DNA of 46,946 bases, taken from positions 1 to 46,946 of IMG/VR virus record IMGVR_UViG_3300037483_000880. One strand, given 5' to 3'. This stretch comes from a virus (lineage: Duplodnaviria > Caudoviricetes). Of the stretch, positions 46,596 to 46,946 are shown piece by piece (the first letter of the stretch is position 1; each line of letters starts with the position of its first letter). The notes under the pieces were generated by a model. It was given only the letters and a program-made list of their open reading frames with translations, had not been told where the DNA came from and searched no databases. The translations under genes and the position numbers were made by a program.

Positions 46596-46761
46596 TCTTG
46601 GCATGTGCTCCGACTGCGAAAGCATGGAAGAAATTGGCGGTGTTGGCTGCGGGTGCGTCAGGCCATTGCCTGAGACATCGGAATGGACAACAGAGTGGAG
46701 GCGCATTCCGAGGACCATCGACAACTGCAACAGGCACAGCCTGAGACCAAGTGAGGCATGA
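46579..46761 (+). CDS. Small Cys-rich hypothetical protein
   Basis: 60 aa, GAGG RBS, overlaps helicase end. Confidence 0.5.
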   Translation: MKKINDLGMCSDCESMEEIGGVGCGCVRPLPETSEWTTEWRRIPRTIDNCNRHSLRPSEA

Positions 46762-46771
46762 AAATGAATGA

Positions 46772-46946
46772 GACAAAATTGCCATGGTTCGTGCGCAGGA
46801 TAAACGAGACGCCGTGGAACTGCAGGATTTGTCGGCGGCTGATGAATTTTTTAACGAGGTGAAGAGATGAAAGAAAAGATTTTAAATTGGTTATGCGTTG
46901 GGGAATGCGGGTCAAGCTCTAAAGCGATGGCTTTTGCCGCGCTAGG
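46772..46946. repeat. Terminal direct repeat, right copy
   Basis: Matches 1-175. Confidence 0.97.

Overview
The window looks like a complete tailed-phage genome of siphovirus type. Bases 1-175 recur at 46772-46946 with one mismatch, giving a circular unit of about 46,771 bp. Layout: (i) an intergenic region at 3430-4060 with a lambda cosQ-like GGGTCCT and four palindromic boxes; (ii) a rightward late operon with Nu1/GpA-type terminase, gpW-like protein, lambda-type portal, protease/scaffold, Mu gpT-like major capsid, tail tube, frameshifted tail chaperone, tape measure, tail tip and two paralogous fibres; (iii) a block of signal-peptide proteins (two FN3-like and one 1106-aa beta-helix/BNR protein), holin-like genes and a phospholipase A2-like gene; (iv) a leftward cluster of small accessory genes; (v) a rightward early operon (HTH, RusA, ASCH, putative annealing protein, NinB-like, HNH, IbrB/IbrA-like ParB and PAPS reductase, exonuclease, initiator with iterons, DnaB) running across the contig junction to a thymidylate-synthase-like gene. 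I could not recognise an integrase, CI repressor, endolysin, tRNA, CRISPR array or reverse transcriptase. A Desulfobacterota-like host is a tentative inference from protein style. All family calls come from motif recognition by eye, not database searches. The most notable items are the secreted cassette where an endolysin is expected, a leader ORF with complementary hairpins upstream of the initiator, the ParB-X-PAPS reductase module with a frameshifted middle gene, and the cos-region architecture.
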